32,000 nucleotides of DNA, from NCBI RefSeq assembly GCF_000270205.1, contig NC_015913.1, forward strand, positions 480,001 to 512,000. The letters run 5' to 3'. This stretch comes from Candidatus Arthromitus sp. SFB-mouse-Japan. Its GTDB lineage: Bacteria; Bacillota; Clostridia; Clostridiales; Clostridiaceae. Below, in pieces: positions 1 to 8,988 of the stretch. The notes beneath the pieces were generated by a model. That model made no database searches. It saw nothing but the letters and a program-made list of their open reading frames with translations, and was not told the origin of the DNA. Positions within the stretch are counted from its first letter, which is position 1, and every line of letters starts with the position of its first letter. A program made the translations under genes and the position numbers.

Positions 1-203
1 TTACTCTATTTAGTGGATCAATAATAATTGAACAAGTTTTTGGTTGGCCTGGTATAGGTAATATAACTTATCAAGCTATTTTAAATAGGGATTATCCTTT
101 GTTAATGGGATCTGCTATGTTCTATGCAATATTGACTATTTTTTCAAATTTATTGACTGATATTGTTTACGCATTTGTTGATCCAAGAATAAGGCTTAAA
201 TAG
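1..203 (+). CDS. Peptide ABC transporter permease, OppB/DppB family, C-terminal fragment (5' end lies outside the window)
   Basis: The frame is open from the window edge (codons phased from nt 3) to TAG 201-203. The translation TLFSGSIIIEQVFGWPGIGNITYQAILNRDYPLLMGSAMFYAILTIFSNLLTDIVYAFVDPRIRLK is the conserved tail of binding-protein-dependent peptide permeases. The oppC-like gene follows with its own GGAGG. Confidence 0.85.
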   Translation, partial: TLFSGSIIIEQVFGWPGIGNITYQAILNRDYPLLMGSAMFYAILTIFSNLLTDIVYAFVDPRIRLK

Positions 204-216
204 GAGGTTAAGATTT

Positions 217-1146
217 ATGAAAGAAGGCAAAGATTTAGTTATTAAAAATAATAGTAAATTTAATGAAGAGAATTATAAAATTGAATCTCCAACTAAGATT
301 ATGTTTAAAAGATTATTGAGAGACAAATTAGCTATATTTGGATTTGCCATGCTTACAATAATTTTGATATTAATCTTAATTGTCCCATTTTTTAGCCAGG
401 ATTCATCTGTAATAAATGTATTAACAAAAAATCAACCTCCATCTTCTCAGCATATTTTAGGAACGGATGCACTGGGTAGGGATATGTTTGCTAGAGTTCT
501 CGAAGGTGGGAGATTTTCATTTTTTGTGGGATTTGCAGCAACAATTATATCTGTACTTTTAGGAACGGTTTTTGGACTTGTATCAGGTTATTATGGTGGA
601 GTAATTGATATGGTTATAATGAGAATTGTTGATATTTTGATGAGTATACCAACACTTCCACTACTTATCATATTGGCTGCATTTTTATCTGATTTAGAGG
701 TAAATCCTAAATATAGAATTTACGTAACTTTAGGATTATTGGCTTTTATATTTTGGACTACTTATTGTAGGAATATAAGAGGTATAGTTCTTTTGTTAAG
801 AGAGCAGGAGTACATGCAAGCTACTGAAGCCTTGGGATTTTCGACTTTCAGGAAATTGTTTGGACATTTGTTACCTAATATATTGCCTTATATAATACTT
901 TATATAGCAAGTGGATTAGGAACAATGATGATTTTTGAAGCAAGTCTGAGCTATTTAGGTTTAGGTGTTCAAGCACCATATGCATCTCTTGGGAATTTAT
1001 TACAAACCACACGTAATTTCTTCGATTTAACTAAGAGAGTATGGCTATGGATTCCACCTACTGTTTTATTATTTGCATCGGTTTTGTCTATAAACTTGGT
1101 CGGTGAGGGTTTAAGAAATGCTATAGACCCAAGACTTAAGAAATAG
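217..1146 (+). CDS. oppC: Peptide ABC transporter permease, OppC/DppC family
   Basis: 309-aa ORF with GGAGG at 203-207. It has several hydrophobic segments and an EAA-like permease loop (EALGFSTFRKLFGHLLPNILP). It sits between the oppB tail and oppD. Confidence 0.9.
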   Translation: MKEGKDLVIKNNSKFNEENYKIESPTKIMFKRLLRDKLAIFGFAMLTIILILILIVPFFSQDSSVINVLTKNQPPSSQHILGTDALGRDMFARVLEGGRFSFFVGFAATIISVLLGTVFGLVSGYYGGVIDMVIMRIVDILMSIPTLPLLIILAAFLSDLEVNPKYRIYVTLGLLAFIFWTTYCRNIRGIVLLLREQEYMQATEALGFSTFRKLFGHLLPNILPYIILYIASGLGTMMIFEASLSYLGLGVQAPYASLGNLLQTTRNFFDLTKRVWLWIPPTVLLFASVLSINLVGEGLRNAIDPRLKK

Positions 1147-1157
1147 GGGTGATTTTG

Positions 1158-2144
1158 ATGAGTAAAAAAATAGTAGAATTTAAAAACTTATGTGTTTCTT
1201 TTAAAGTAGAAGAGAGAATAGTTAATGCTGTAAATGATGTTAGTTTTGAAATTAGACAAGGTGAAGTACTCGGAATTGTAGGAGAATCTGGATGCGGTAA
1301 ATCAGTTACATCTATGTCTTTAATGAGATTATTAGCAGTTCCTCCAGCTAAGTATGAGTCAGGGAGTATTTATTTAAATGGAATAGATATTTTAACATTA
1401 TCAGAAGAAGAAATGAGAAAAAGGAGAGGTTCTGAGGTAGCCATGATTTTTCAGGAACCGATGACATCTTTAAATCCAGTTATGAAGATTGGATATCAAA
1501 TTTCTGAAGTAATAACTATACACCATAAAGTATCTAAAAAAGAAGCAAAAAAACGATCTATTGATATGATAAAGTTAGTTGGTATACCGAGAGCTGAGTC
1601 GATTTATGATTCGTATCCACATGAATTATCAGGAGGTATGCGTCAAAGAATAATGATTGCTATTGCCTTAGTTTGTAATCCTCAGGTTTTAATTGCCGAT
1701 GAGCCAACTACGGCATTAGATGTTACTATACAGGCACAAATATTAGATTTAATAAAAAACATGAGAGAAAAGCTTGGAACTTCTATTATGATGATAACTC
1801 ACGATTTAGGAGTTATAGCAGAAATGGCTGATTATGTTATTGTTATGTATGCAGGTAAGGTTGTAGAAAAAGCAAAGGTAAGAGAAATATTTAATAATTC
1901 GAGGCATCCATATACAATTGGTCTTATGAAGTCAAAGCCTACGTTTGAAGGTAGTACAAGTAAGTTATATTCTATACCTGGGCAGGTACCTAATCCTATG
2001 GAGCTCCCAAATTATTGTTATTTTTATGATAGATGCGATAGAAGGCAAGATACGTGTAAAAAAGGTATACCGGAACTAGTGAAGGTTAATGATGCACATT
2101 ATGCTTCCTGCTATATTTTGGGTAAGGAGGGAAATAATGAGTAG
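1158..2144 (+). CDS. oppD: Oligopeptide ABC transporter ATP-binding protein (OppD type)
   Basis: Walker A GESGCGKS, signature LSGGMRQR and Walker B LIADEPTTALD are present, along with a C-terminal oligopeptide-type extension containing Cys residues. ATG 1158 is preferred to the track's GTG 1149 because GGGGTGA at 1146-1152 is better spaced for it. The start is uncertain by 9 nt. Confidence 0.93.
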   Translation: MSKKIVEFKNLCVSFKVEERIVNAVNDVSFEIRQGEVLGIVGESGCGKSVTSMSLMRLLAVPPAKYESGSIYLNGIDILTLSEEEMRKRRGSEVAMIFQEPMTSLNPVMKIGYQISEVITIHHKVSKKEAKKRSIDMIKLVGIPRAESIYDSYPHELSGGMRQRIMIAIALVCNPQVLIADEPTTALDVTIQAQILDLIKNMREKLGTSIMMITHDLGVIAEMADYVIVMYAGKVVEKAKVREIFNNSRHPYTIGLMKSKPTFEGSTSKLYSIPGQVPNPMELPNYCYFYDRCDRRQDTCKKGIPELVKVNDAHYASCYILGKEGNNE

Positions 2145-3108
2145 TAATAGAATTCTTGAAGTAACGAATCTAAAAAAATATTTTCCTATTAAAAATGGTG
2201 TTTTACAAAGAGTTGTAGGTAATGTAAAAGCAGTTGATGATGTTTCTTTTACTATAAATAAGGGAGAAACGTATTCACTTGTTGGTGAATCAGGATGTGG
2301 AAAATCAACTTTAGGTAGAACTGTTATTAAATTATTAGATAAAACTGATGGAACAGTTCGATTTAAAGGTATTGATATTCATAGTATGTCTAGAAAGGAA
2401 ATGAAGGAACTTAGACTTAAGATGCAGATAATATTTCAAGATCCATTTAGTTCCCTAAATCCAAGAAAACCTGTTAGTGAGTTGATAGGAGAGGCATTAA
2501 TTGCTCATAAAGTTGTAAATAGCAAGAAAGAGTATTATAATAGAGTTGGAGAAGTTATGGAAATATGTGGTCTTGCGAAGTATCATATGAAAAGATATCC
2601 ACATGAATTTTCAGGAGGTCAACGTCAAAGAATATGTATAGCTAGAGGATTAATTTTGAATCCAGAATTTATAGTTGCTGACGAACCTGTATCGGCATTA
2701 GATGTTTCTATACAGTCGCAGATAATAAATCTGCTACAACAGTTTCAGGAAGAGTATAACCTGAGTTATTTGTTTATATCACATGATTTAAGTGTTGTGA
2801 GACATATAAGTCATAGGGTAGGTGTTTTGTATTTAGGCTCTTTGGTTGAGGAGGGTAAAAAAGAGGATTTATATGAAAAACCATTACACCCATATACACA
2901 GGCTTTAATATCTTGTGTTCCTTTACCTGATCCGGATAGGAAAAATAATAGGATAATATTAAAGGGTGATATACCTAGTGCATCTAATCCTCCATCTGGA
3001 TGTAAATTTCATACGAGATGTTTATATGTAAAAGATATATGTAAACATGAAATACCAATTTTAAGAGATTTAGGTAATGGTCATAAGGTTGCATGTCATT
3101 TGTATTAA
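2137..3108 (+). CDS. oppF: Oligopeptide ABC transporter ATP-binding protein (OppF type)
   Basis: Walker A GESGCGKS, signature FSGGQRQR and Walker B VADEPVSALD are present. ATG 2137 is preceded by AAGGAGGG and overlaps the oppD stop by 8 nt. The track start at 2089 adds an implausible 16-aa leader that lies inside oppD. Confidence 0.93.
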   Translation: MSSNRILEVTNLKKYFPIKNGVLQRVVGNVKAVDDVSFTINKGETYSLVGESGCGKSTLGRTVIKLLDKTDGTVRFKGIDIHSMSRKEMKELRLKMQIIFQDPFSSLNPRKPVSELIGEALIAHKVVNSKKEYYNRVGEVMEICGLAKYHMKRYPHEFSGGQRQRICIARGLILNPEFIVADEPVSALDVSIQSQIINLLQQFQEEYNLSYLFISHDLSVVRHISHRVGVLYLGSLVEEGKKEDLYEKPLHPYTQALISCVPLPDPDRKNNRIILKGDIPSASNPPSGCKFHTRCLYVKDICKHEIPILRDLGNGHKVACHLY

Positions 3109-3189
3109 ATTAGTTTAAAATATTTTTAATAAATATAAAATTTATATTTATTAAATTTAATTAATTTTTATGATTTTTAGGAGGAATAA

Positions 3190-4971
3190 ATGAAAAAGAG
3201 AAAATTAATTAGCATATTGGGATTGGTTTTGGGATTTATGTTTGTTGTATCTTCTTGTTCTTCATCAGATTCAAGTCAATTAGATAATCCTGATTTTGCA
3301 ATTCAACCATCTGATAATGTAGTTCTTACAAATGGTACTGGTAATTATGATAGAGAAACTTTGTATTTATCTGCTATGTTACCAGAAACTTTACCTGTAA
3401 ATTCAGCAAATAGAAAAGATACACTTATAATTGGAATAATAAGTCCAAATGGTGTTTTTAATCCACTTCTTGAAGAATCGCAATATGATTCAGATGTAAA
3501 TGATGCTATGTGGGCTCCATTACTTGAAATAAATTATGATGGAACAATAATAGAAGGACTTGCTTATATGCCGGAGATATCTGAGGATGGAAAAACTTAT
3601 ACATTTACTTTAAAAGATGATATCAAGTGGCAGGATGGTACACCTATAACATCACAAGATTTTGATTTTACATTTAAATATATAATGGATAAGACTTATA
3701 CAGGAAGATTTGAAAGAGAAACTTTAAATGTATTAGGTTGGGAAGCGTATAGAGATGGTACATCTACTGAAATTGAAGGATTTAAAATAATTGATGATAA
3801 AACTTTTTCAGTTACAATGGCTTCACCAAATGCTAAAACATTAGCCTATTTTTCAAAAGATCTCAAGCCTTTAGCAAAACATGTATATGGTGCTGATTAT
3901 GTTCAAGGTAATGCTAAAGATTTAGATAAGTTTAATAGGAATCCATTTGGTAACGGAGCTTATAAGTTTGTAAGTTATAAGGATGGAGAAGAAGTTACTT
4001 TAGTTGCTAATGAAAATTACTATAAGGGTGCTCCAAAGATTAAAAATTTAGTATTTAGAGTGGTAAATGAAACTAACCAAATGTTATTGTTAGAAAATGG
4101 TGATGTAGATATAATGGCTAGTACTGTAGCTGTTACTGCAGAGAATTTATTACTTTTACAACAGCTTGGATTTATTAATGCAAATATAGTTGAATTTTTG
4201 GGCTATGGTTATGTTGCTATAAATCATAATGAACCAATTATGCAAGATTTAAATGTGAGGAAAGCATTAGCTTATGGTTTAGATAGAAGTTCAGTTGTAG
4301 AAGCTGCATTTGGAGGACAGGCGAATGTAATAGATATTCCACAATCTACGGTTTCTTGGGCTTATCCTGAGGATGGAGATTATACGCATTATGAATATAA
4401 TCCAGAAAAAGCAAAACAACTTTTAGAGGAAGCGGGTTGGAAAGTTGGATCTGATGGAATAAGGGAAAAAGATGGAGTGAAATTATCGCTTAAATTTTTA
4501 GCATCTTCTCCAAATCCAGTTAATGATGTTTTGGTTCCTGTAATGATTGATAATTATAAAGCAATTGGTATAGAATTAAAGGCTGAGCAAATGGAATTTA
4601 GAACTTTAGTTGATAAGCAAAGTGAAGCTAAAGAAGGGAAATTTTCTTATCATTTAGCATTTTTGGCTTGGTCACTTGATATAGATCCAGATTCAACTTC
4701 TACATTTGCTTCAAATGGGGCAAATAATAAAGTTGGGTATTCAAATCCTACGGTTGATAAGTTGTTGAATGATGCTTTAAATGAAATGGATACAACAAAA
4801 AGAAAAGAATTGTATGCACAGTTATATAAAGAGATTTCAGAGGATTTACCTTATTTATTCTTGTATCAAAGAAAAGATATGAATGTTTATTCTTCTAAAG
4901 TTAAGGGTATGGAAGGAGGAACTCCTTACAGATCATTTAAAGATGAATTAGAGAAGATTTCATTCGAATAG
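3190..4971 (+). CDS. Peptide ABC transporter substrate-binding lipoprotein (family 5 SBP, OppA-like), paralog 1
   Basis: 593-aa ORF with AGGAGGA at 3179-3185. The signal peptide has a lipobox (VVSSC). Family-5 SBP motifs recur along the sequence (RKDTLIIG, NPFGNGAYKF, LVANENYY, LGYGYVAINH). Confidence 0.9.
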   Translation: MKKRKLISILGLVLGFMFVVSSCSSSDSSQLDNPDFAIQPSDNVVLTNGTGNYDRETLYLSAMLPETLPVNSANRKDTLIIGIISPNGVFNPLLEESQYDSDVNDAMWAPLLEINYDGTIIEGLAYMPEISEDGKTYTFTLKDDIKWQDGTPITSQDFDFTFKYIMDKTYTGRFERETLNVLGWEAYRDGTSTEIEGFKIIDDKTFSVTMASPNAKTLAYFSKDLKPLAKHVYGADYVQGNAKDLDKFNRNPFGNGAYKFVSYKDGEEVTLVANENYYKGAPKIKNLVFRVVNETNQMLLLENGDVDIMASTVAVTAENLLLLQQLGFINANIVEFLGYGYVAINHNEPIMQDLNVRKALAYGLDRSSVVEAAFGGQANVIDIPQSTVSWAYPEDGDYTHYEYNPEKAKQLLEEAGWKVGSDGIREKDGVKLSLKFLASSPNPVNDVLVPVMIDNYKAIGIELKAEQMEFRTLVDKQSEAKEGKFSYHLAFLAWSLDIDPDSTSTFASNGANNKVGYSNPTVDKLLNDALNEMDTTKRKELYAQLYKEISEDLPYLFLYQRKDMNVYSSKVKGMEGGTPYRSFKDELEKISFE

Positions 4972-4981
4972 TGTGTTGATT

Positions 4982-5034
4982 AAAATCTTGCTTATATATT
5001 AACTTTGGTTTAATATATAGGTAAGATTTTTTAT
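4982..5034 (+). terminator. Rho-independent terminator after OppA paralog 1
   Basis: A 20-bp stem pairs 4982-5001 (aaaatcttgcttatatatta) with 5011-5030 (taatatataggtaagatttt), including two G-T wobbles and a 9-nt loop. It runs into a T tract. A TTGCTT-17 nt-TAATAT promoter-like pair (4988-5016) lies inside the same hairpin. Confidence 0.7.
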
Positions 5035-5051
5035 TTACATATAGAAAGAGG

Positions 5052-6803
5052 ATGATTAAATTAAATAAGTTTTTAGTTTTTACTTTAATATTCATTATGT
5101 TTACATTTTGTTCTTGTAAAAAGGAAGGGGATGTTACACAGAATAAAGAAGTTGTATTTGTTAATGGGGTAGATGAATTTGATAAAGAAACTTTATATTT
5201 AGTTCCATCGAATCCTGAAGCTTTACCTAAAAATTCTTTGAATAGGAAGGATACATTAATAATTGGAATGCCTTCACCTAGTGGTGTATTTAACCCATTA
5301 TTTGCAATTTCAACAAATGATGTTGATGTTAATGATACTATGTGGGATCCTATTTTGGAAATTGGTGGTGATGGAAATGTTACGAATGGTATAGCTTATT
5401 TACCAGATATTATAGAGAGTGAAAATACTTATAATTTTATTATTAGAGATGATGCTGTGTGGCAAGATGGTGAGCCTATTACTTCTTATGATATGGAGTT
5501 TACGTTTAAGGTTTTAATGGACAAGACTTATACTGGGACTTTTGAGAGAGATAATTTTGATATGGTAGGTTGGGAAAATTATAGGGATGGTGTAACTGAA
5601 GATATAGAAGGATTTAAGATAATTGATGATAAAAGATTTTCAATTAAATTTAATTCTATAAATGCTAAAAAGAATTATTACTTTGAGAGGATTAAGCCAC
5701 TTGCTCTTCATGTTTATGGTAAAGATTATATACAAGGAGAAGCATCTAAAATTGAATTGTTAAATAGAAAACCTTTTGGTAATGGTCCATATAAGTTCGT
5801 TGAGTATATAGAGGGTGAAGAGGTACGGCTTGTAGCAAATGAAAATTATTATAATGGTGAACCTAAGATTAAAAATTTAATACTTAGAGTAATTAATGAT
5901 TCCAATCAAATTTCTTTAATAGAAAATGGAGATGTTGATATAGTAAGAAAAACAATTTTACCTACACAAGAGAATTTTACTATTTTAAATGATATGGGGT
6001 TTGTTGGTGGAATTTTGACTGATGTTTTAGGTTATGGATATATTGCAATAAATCATAAAGAAGAGATTATGCAGGATAGGAATATTCGTCAAGCACTCGC
6101 ATATGGCCTTGATAGGGAATCAATAGTTGATAGTAGTTTTGGAGATTATGGAAGTGTTTTAAACATACCTCAGAATAAAAATTCTTATTTTTATCCAGAT
6201 GTAGAAAGCTTTACTAAGTATGATTATAATCCGGATAAGGCTCGTAAACTTTTAGAAGAGTCGGGTTGGTTCTTAGGTGATGATGGGATAAGGGAAAAAA
6301 ATGGGAAAAAGTTGACCTTAAAATTTTTGGCAAGTTCTCCAAATGAGGTTAATGATATATTGATACCTATAATGCTTGATAATTATAAAAAAATCGGGAT
6401 TAATGTTATAGTTGAATATATGGAATCTAAAACATTAATTCAGAGGCAAAAAGATGCTAAAGAGGGGAAATTTTCTTACCATTTATCATTTATGTTTACA
6501 CCATTTGCAAGTCCTGATCCTGATTCATCATCAAGATTTTCTACGGATGGTCCTTCAAATAGATTTTCTTATTCAAATGAAAGGGTAGATAAACTCCTTA
6601 ATGATGCATTGAATGAACTTGATAATTCAAAGAGAAAAGAAATATATGCAGAATTATATGAGGAACTTTCGTATGATCTACCATATATATTTCTGTTTGA
6701 GAGAAAGAATATTGATGTATATACATCAAAAGTTAAGGGGATTAAAAACTATAATTTAAATAGATGGTTTTCTAAAGATTTAGAAAAATTATATTTCGAA
6801 TAA
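5052..6803 (+). CDS. Peptide ABC transporter substrate-binding lipoprotein (OppA-like), paralog 2
   Basis: 583-aa ORF with AAGAGG upstream and a signal peptide ending FTFCSC. It is collinear with paralog 1 and shares many identical blocks (RKDTLIIG, IEGFKIIDDK, LVANENYY, ENGDVDI, LGYGYIAINH, ALAYGLDR, KEGKFSYHL, VDKLLNDALNE). Confidence 0.9.
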   Translation: MIKLNKFLVFTLIFIMFTFCSCKKEGDVTQNKEVVFVNGVDEFDKETLYLVPSNPEALPKNSLNRKDTLIIGMPSPSGVFNPLFAISTNDVDVNDTMWDPILEIGGDGNVTNGIAYLPDIIESENTYNFIIRDDAVWQDGEPITSYDMEFTFKVLMDKTYTGTFERDNFDMVGWENYRDGVTEDIEGFKIIDDKRFSIKFNSINAKKNYYFERIKPLALHVYGKDYIQGEASKIELLNRKPFGNGPYKFVEYIEGEEVRLVANENYYNGEPKIKNLILRVINDSNQISLIENGDVDIVRKTILPTQENFTILNDMGFVGGILTDVLGYGYIAINHKEEIMQDRNIRQALAYGLDRESIVDSSFGDYGSVLNIPQNKNSYFYPDVESFTKYDYNPDKARKLLEESGWFLGDDGIREKNGKKLTLKFLASSPNEVNDILIPIMLDNYKKIGINVIVEYMESKTLIQRQKDAKEGKFSYHLSFMFTPFASPDPDSSSRFSTDGPSNRFSYSNERVDKLLNDALNELDNSKRKEIYAELYEELSYDLPYIFLFERKNIDVYTSKVKGIKNYNLNRWFSKDLEKLYFE

Positions 6804-6834
6804 AAAGCTATCTTATTTTTAAGATAGCTTTTTA
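6804..6834. terminator. Bidirectional rho-independent terminator between convergent oppA2 and dpaB-like genes
   Basis: A perfect 9-bp stem pairs agctatctt (6806-6814) with aagatagct (6821-6829). It is flanked by an A tract on the left and a T tract on the right. Confidence 0.8.
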
Positions 6835-7419
6835 TATTGTTACAATTGGTCTTATTTGTTTTCCTTTAAGAGCAAGTAGTATTGTGTCAATAACTTTTGA
6901 ATAGTCTGTAACAAGAGAATTTGGTTTTGATATAACATTGTCTTGAATCATTGGGGAAAAATAAATATTTTTAGTATTTATAAGTGAAGATATATTTTTA
7001 AGAGTGAGTCCTAATGCATCATTTGATGATAATGCAATTACGACTGGTTTATCTTGTCCTCGTAGAAAAGATTTAATTGCCATAGTAACAGGAGTGTCGT
7101 TTATGCCATTTGCAACTTTTCCTAATGTATTAGATGTACAAGGGGCAACTAATAATAAATCTAAGAAGTTTTTAGGTCCTATAGATTCAGATTCTTCGAT
7201 GCTTTTTAATATGGCATGATTAGTTTTGACTTTCAAAAATTTCATAGTTTCTTCTGGAATTGCAAATCTATTTTTGATTTTTTGAACATTGAAAGAAACA
7301 ATAGGATATATATCAGCACCTAATTCTATAAGTTTTTCCATTAGAGCAAAAGATTCATTAAAAGTACAGAATGATCCTGTTATGGCATATCCAATTTTTA
7401 GACCTCTCAAATTTTCCAT
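6832..7419 (-). CDS. dpaB: Dipicolinate synthase subunit B-like flavoprotein (SpoVFB/DpaB family)
   Basis: The 195-aa ORF is collinear by eye with B. subtilis SpoVFB. Matching blocks are GYAITGSFCT, PIVSFNV, ESIGPK, LLVAPCTSNTLGKVANGINDTPVTMA, PVVIALSSNDALGL, TKNIYF.P and KPNSLV. AAGAGGTTATTT precedes the ATG. Confidence 0.75.
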   Translation of the reverse strand: MENLRGLKIGYAITGSFCTFNESFALMEKLIELGADIYPIVSFNVQKIKNRFAIPEETMKFLKVKTNHAILKSIEESESIGPKNFLDLLLVAPCTSNTLGKVANGINDTPVTMAIKSFLRGQDKPVVIALSSNDALGLTLKNISSLINTKNIYFSPMIQDNVISKPNSLVTDYSKVIDTILLALKGKQIRPIVTI

Positions 7420-7519
7420 AAATAACCTCTTAAAATATTGATAAAAAGAAAATCATATATAAGAAAATATTCTTTAATATATTAAAAGGTTACTATCACA
7501 AGAAATATTTTCAGAGTAT

Positions 7520-8002
7520 TTATTTAATCCTCTGATATATTTTTATAAAAAATATATCATATTCTTTTTGGTCAATAAGTTTAAAGTTATTTAATTGTAT
7601 ATTTAATTTTACGGACTGATTTATAGGGTAGACTTTGGTGTATTTATCTTTTATCATTGTTAAGTGTATTTCATCATAGAAATCTGTAAAATATTTATAT
7701 ATTTTACTTCCTCCTATTATAAAGATATCTTTTGGTGTATTTAGTTTTAAAACACTATTTATATCATTGAAGACAGTATAAGATTTGTCCTTAGGATTAC
7801 ATAAATTTCGAGATATAATTATATTTTCTCTATTTGGAAGAGGTTTGTTATTTAAACTATTGAAGGTTTTTCTACCCATGACGACTATATTATTAATAGT
7901 TTTTTCTTTGAAGATTTTTAAATCTTCTTTGATGAAATAAATGAGATTATTATTTATGCCTAGTGAACTGTACTTGTCTATACATGCAATTAGTTTAATC
8001 AT
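7520..8002 (-). CDS. folA: Dihydrofolate reductase
   Basis: 160-aa ORF with DHFR blocks: IACID...LG, EDLKIFKEKT, VVMGRKTFNSL, LPNRENIIISR and IGGSKIY. Its start lies 2 nt after the thyA stop, the classical thyA-folA coupling. Confidence 0.85.
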   Translation of the reverse strand: MIKLIACIDKYSSLGINNNLIYFIKEDLKIFKEKTINNIVVMGRKTFNSLNNKPLPNRENIIISRNLCNPKDKSYTVFNDINSVLKLNTPKDIFIIGGSKIYKYFTDFYDEIHLTMIKDKYTKVYPINQSVKLNIQLNNFKLIDQKEYDIFFIKIYQRIK

Positions 8003-8004
8003 GA

Positions 8005-8832
8005 TTAAATTCCTAACTCAAATTTTAATTGTGGTGATGTATATTCATAGTTTTCAATTTTAAAATCATTAATTGTGAAATTATAAAAGTCATTTTCATT
8101 AGTATTTAATTTTAAAATGGGTTGTTTACCAATTTTTCTATTAAGTAAGATATGTGCTTGATTAATATGCCGATCATAAATATGTACGTTATTAATAACG
8201 TGGGTAAATTTTCCGGGTTTTAAATTACACGTTTTTGATATCATCATTTGAAGGGATACATATTGTATTGAATTTATTGAAGATGCTACTAGAAAATCTG
8301 AGCTTCTTTGTATTAGCATAGTATCTAAAAAATCTCCTCTTACAGAGAATAGAGTTTGAAATGCACATGGATTAAGTCCATCGCTATCATTAAAATCTTT
8401 TTCTTGCCATAAATTCATAATATGACGTCTTCCGTATGGGTCTTTTTTTATTCCATTGATTAATTTGTTTATTAGGTCATATCTTTTTACAGTTTCTCCA
8501 TATCTTATACCAATTGTATTTGGATATTTCTTGCTTTCCCATTCATCCCACCAAAAAATATTGTATTTATTTCTTAGTATGTTTAAGTCTGATGTCTGGT
8601 CTTGATATATCCAAAGTATTTCTTTTATAGCATTTTTGACTGGAATATGTCTTAATGTTATTATGGGGAATTCATTTTTGGATATGTCATAACTTTCTAT
8701 ATAGTGAGTTATGAATTTTGAATATGCAGGAGATCCATCTTTATATTTTGGACGTGGATTTTTATCAAATATTCCATTATCCAATATATTTTGAATGCAC
8801 TTTTTATGGTTTATATCAGCAATACAAATCAT
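8005..8832 (-). CDS. thyA: Thymidylate synthase (ThyA, B. subtilis ThyA-like long form)
   Basis: 275-aa ORF with AAGGAA 8 nt upstream. Motifs present are AIKEILWIYQ, DPYGRRHIMNLW, the catalytic-Cys context LNPCAFQT, IQRSSD, HIYDRH and the tail DFKIENYEY...FELGI. Confidence 0.9.
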   Translation of the reverse strand: MICIADINHKKCIQNILDNGIFDKNPRPKYKDGSPAYSKFITHYIESYDISKNEFPIITLRHIPVKNAIKEILWIYQDQTSDLNILRNKYNIFWWDEWESKKYPNTIGIRYGETVKRYDLINKLINGIKKDPYGRRHIMNLWQEKDFNDSDGLNPCAFQTLFSVRGDFLDTMLIQRSSDFLVASSINSIQYVSLQMMISKTCNLKPGKFTHVINNVHIYDRHINQAHILLNRKIGKQPILKLNTNENDFYNFTINDFKIENYEYTSPQLKFELGI

Positions 8833-8988
8833 CTTTTAAATTCCTTATAATAAATATTATTTAAATGATACTAGATTTTTAGTGTAATTTCTATATTAAA
8901 GTTAAAATTAATGAATAAATTGAAGTATTATGATAATATATTTAATTTAAAAATTTAACACTTAGCATGATGATTCAGGGGTGATAGA

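Noticed and set aside
8005-8832. ThyA might be inactive, because the usual D-x-x-L-G-x-P-F-N block reads DFLVASSIN.
   Set aside because: - The catalytic Cys context (NPCAFQ) is retained.
- The RSSD Asp, the Asn of the block, the HIY motif and the RRH phosphate-binding block are also retained.
- The gene is still translationally coupled to folA.
- The divergence is more likely lineage drift.
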